Source of the DNA: Orbicella franksi | Lineage: Eukaryota | Length of the DNA: 64,000 nt | Direction of reading: 5' to 3' | Assembly (NCBI GenBank): GCA_964199315.1 | Contig: OZ116698.1 | Location: 11,284,001-11,348,000, forward strand | Part shown: positions 62,903 to 64,000 of the stretch, piece after piece | Numbering within the stretch: the stretch's first letter is position 1 | Layout: the number at the start of each line of letters is the position of its first letter | Notes under the pieces: generated by a model | Told to the model about the DNA's origin: nothing | Database searches by the model: none | Seen by the model: only the letters and a program-made list of their open reading frames with translations | Translations under genes and position numbers: made by a program

Positions 62903-64000
62903 TTTCGGTCAACCCTACAAAAGCAAGCAAGAAAGGTCAATTGGTACAGACACAGCACATATCATGTCATCAAAATAAAATGTTAGAGAAAAATGACAAA
63001 AATGCTATGATAAGCAATATTGCCTGAAAATTTTAAACAAGACAAATGTCAACTACTTATTTTCTAAAGTCTCCTCAAAAGAAAGAAAATAAACCAGTGT
63101 CAAAAGAAATCTAAGGCAATGCACCATGCAAGCCAAAGCAAAATCTTAATATTACTATCCATGCCCTGTGAAATAAAACTTTGGACTACAAAATTGGCAA
63201 TAGACTTTTCTCAGTTTAGAGTAAACATATCTTAGTTTTAACTAGTGTCAAACAACATTGTTCATCCCAACTGGAACAAAATTTATTAGTCTTTATTCTT
63301 ATGTTCAGGACCCCTTCACAGTTGAAAATGCATAACTAAAAGCTGGGATATCAAATGGTAAATCCTTCTGGCATTAGAACCACTGTTGACTGTAACTGCA
63401 GATTAATTTCAGGAAAACAACAAATCAAAACAATTTGTATCACTAGCAGGGATGGTCCCATATTTGCTCCCTTAGTGGGAAAGTCACTATCAATGTCATA
63501 CATTCACTTAGTAATGACTGGCTGTCTTCCCTGTCCTGGTGTATATTCACCATGTATTTCAACTCTTTACAAATGTGACTCACATCCTTACACTTTGTTT
63601 GACAAATGAAGTTATCACCCACTTTGCAGTTGGTTTGAACCATAAGATTCCATGGCAATAAAAATAGTTGGAAATGTTTTGCTTTACTCCTTTGAAGCCC
63701 ATGAAGAAAATGTCTGTTGTCAAACTTTTCAGGAAAATGGTAACCCAAAATAGAATGTACAAAAAGATAAACTAAAAAGAAAAGATAAAAAACTCTACCA
63801 AAAGGAAACTCAAAAGAAATACACACAAGAACTTTGACAAAACTTTATTGAAACAGTTGAATTCCACCCCTGTTAACCTGGCCATCTTTAAACAAGGGAA
63901 ACAATTGAATCGGTTTGGAAGAAGTCCAACACACAAAAAAAACATTTTAAAGTTGAATCTCCTTTGGAAAAGTGTTATTCTACCAAATTAGTAAAGTCTT

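Noticed and set aside
61873-62986. His-rich, Thr-rich and Val-rich ORFs overlapping the hnRNP gene
   Set aside because: They are alternative-frame and antisense shadows of GGT/GGC/TAT repeats.

Overview
AT-rich animal genomic DNA, most likely a stony coral or other anthozoan (inferred from gene content, intron style and repeat families). No prokaryotic systems are present. Six protein-coding genes were reconstructed by reading GT-AG exons in frame: (1) a laminin chain on the minus strand that runs off the window start, with a beta-type LF/LE middle but a Netrin-G-like LN domain; (2) NDUFAF3, head-to-head with it; (3) a complete laminin gamma chain; (4) an NPDC1/CAB-1-like membrane protein on the minus strand; (5) ZGPAT; (6) an hnRNP A/B/D-family gene with an intronless CDS. 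Introns and intergenic DNA hold many MITEs, tRNA-derived SINEs, a LINE endonuclease fragment, and two inverted copies of a ~1.9 kb TIR element about 46 kb apart. The most interesting signal is the Netrin-G-like, beta-bodied laminin, built from phase-1 exons and sitting in a divergent cluster with a canonical gamma chain. All homology statements come from recalled family motifs, not from database searches.
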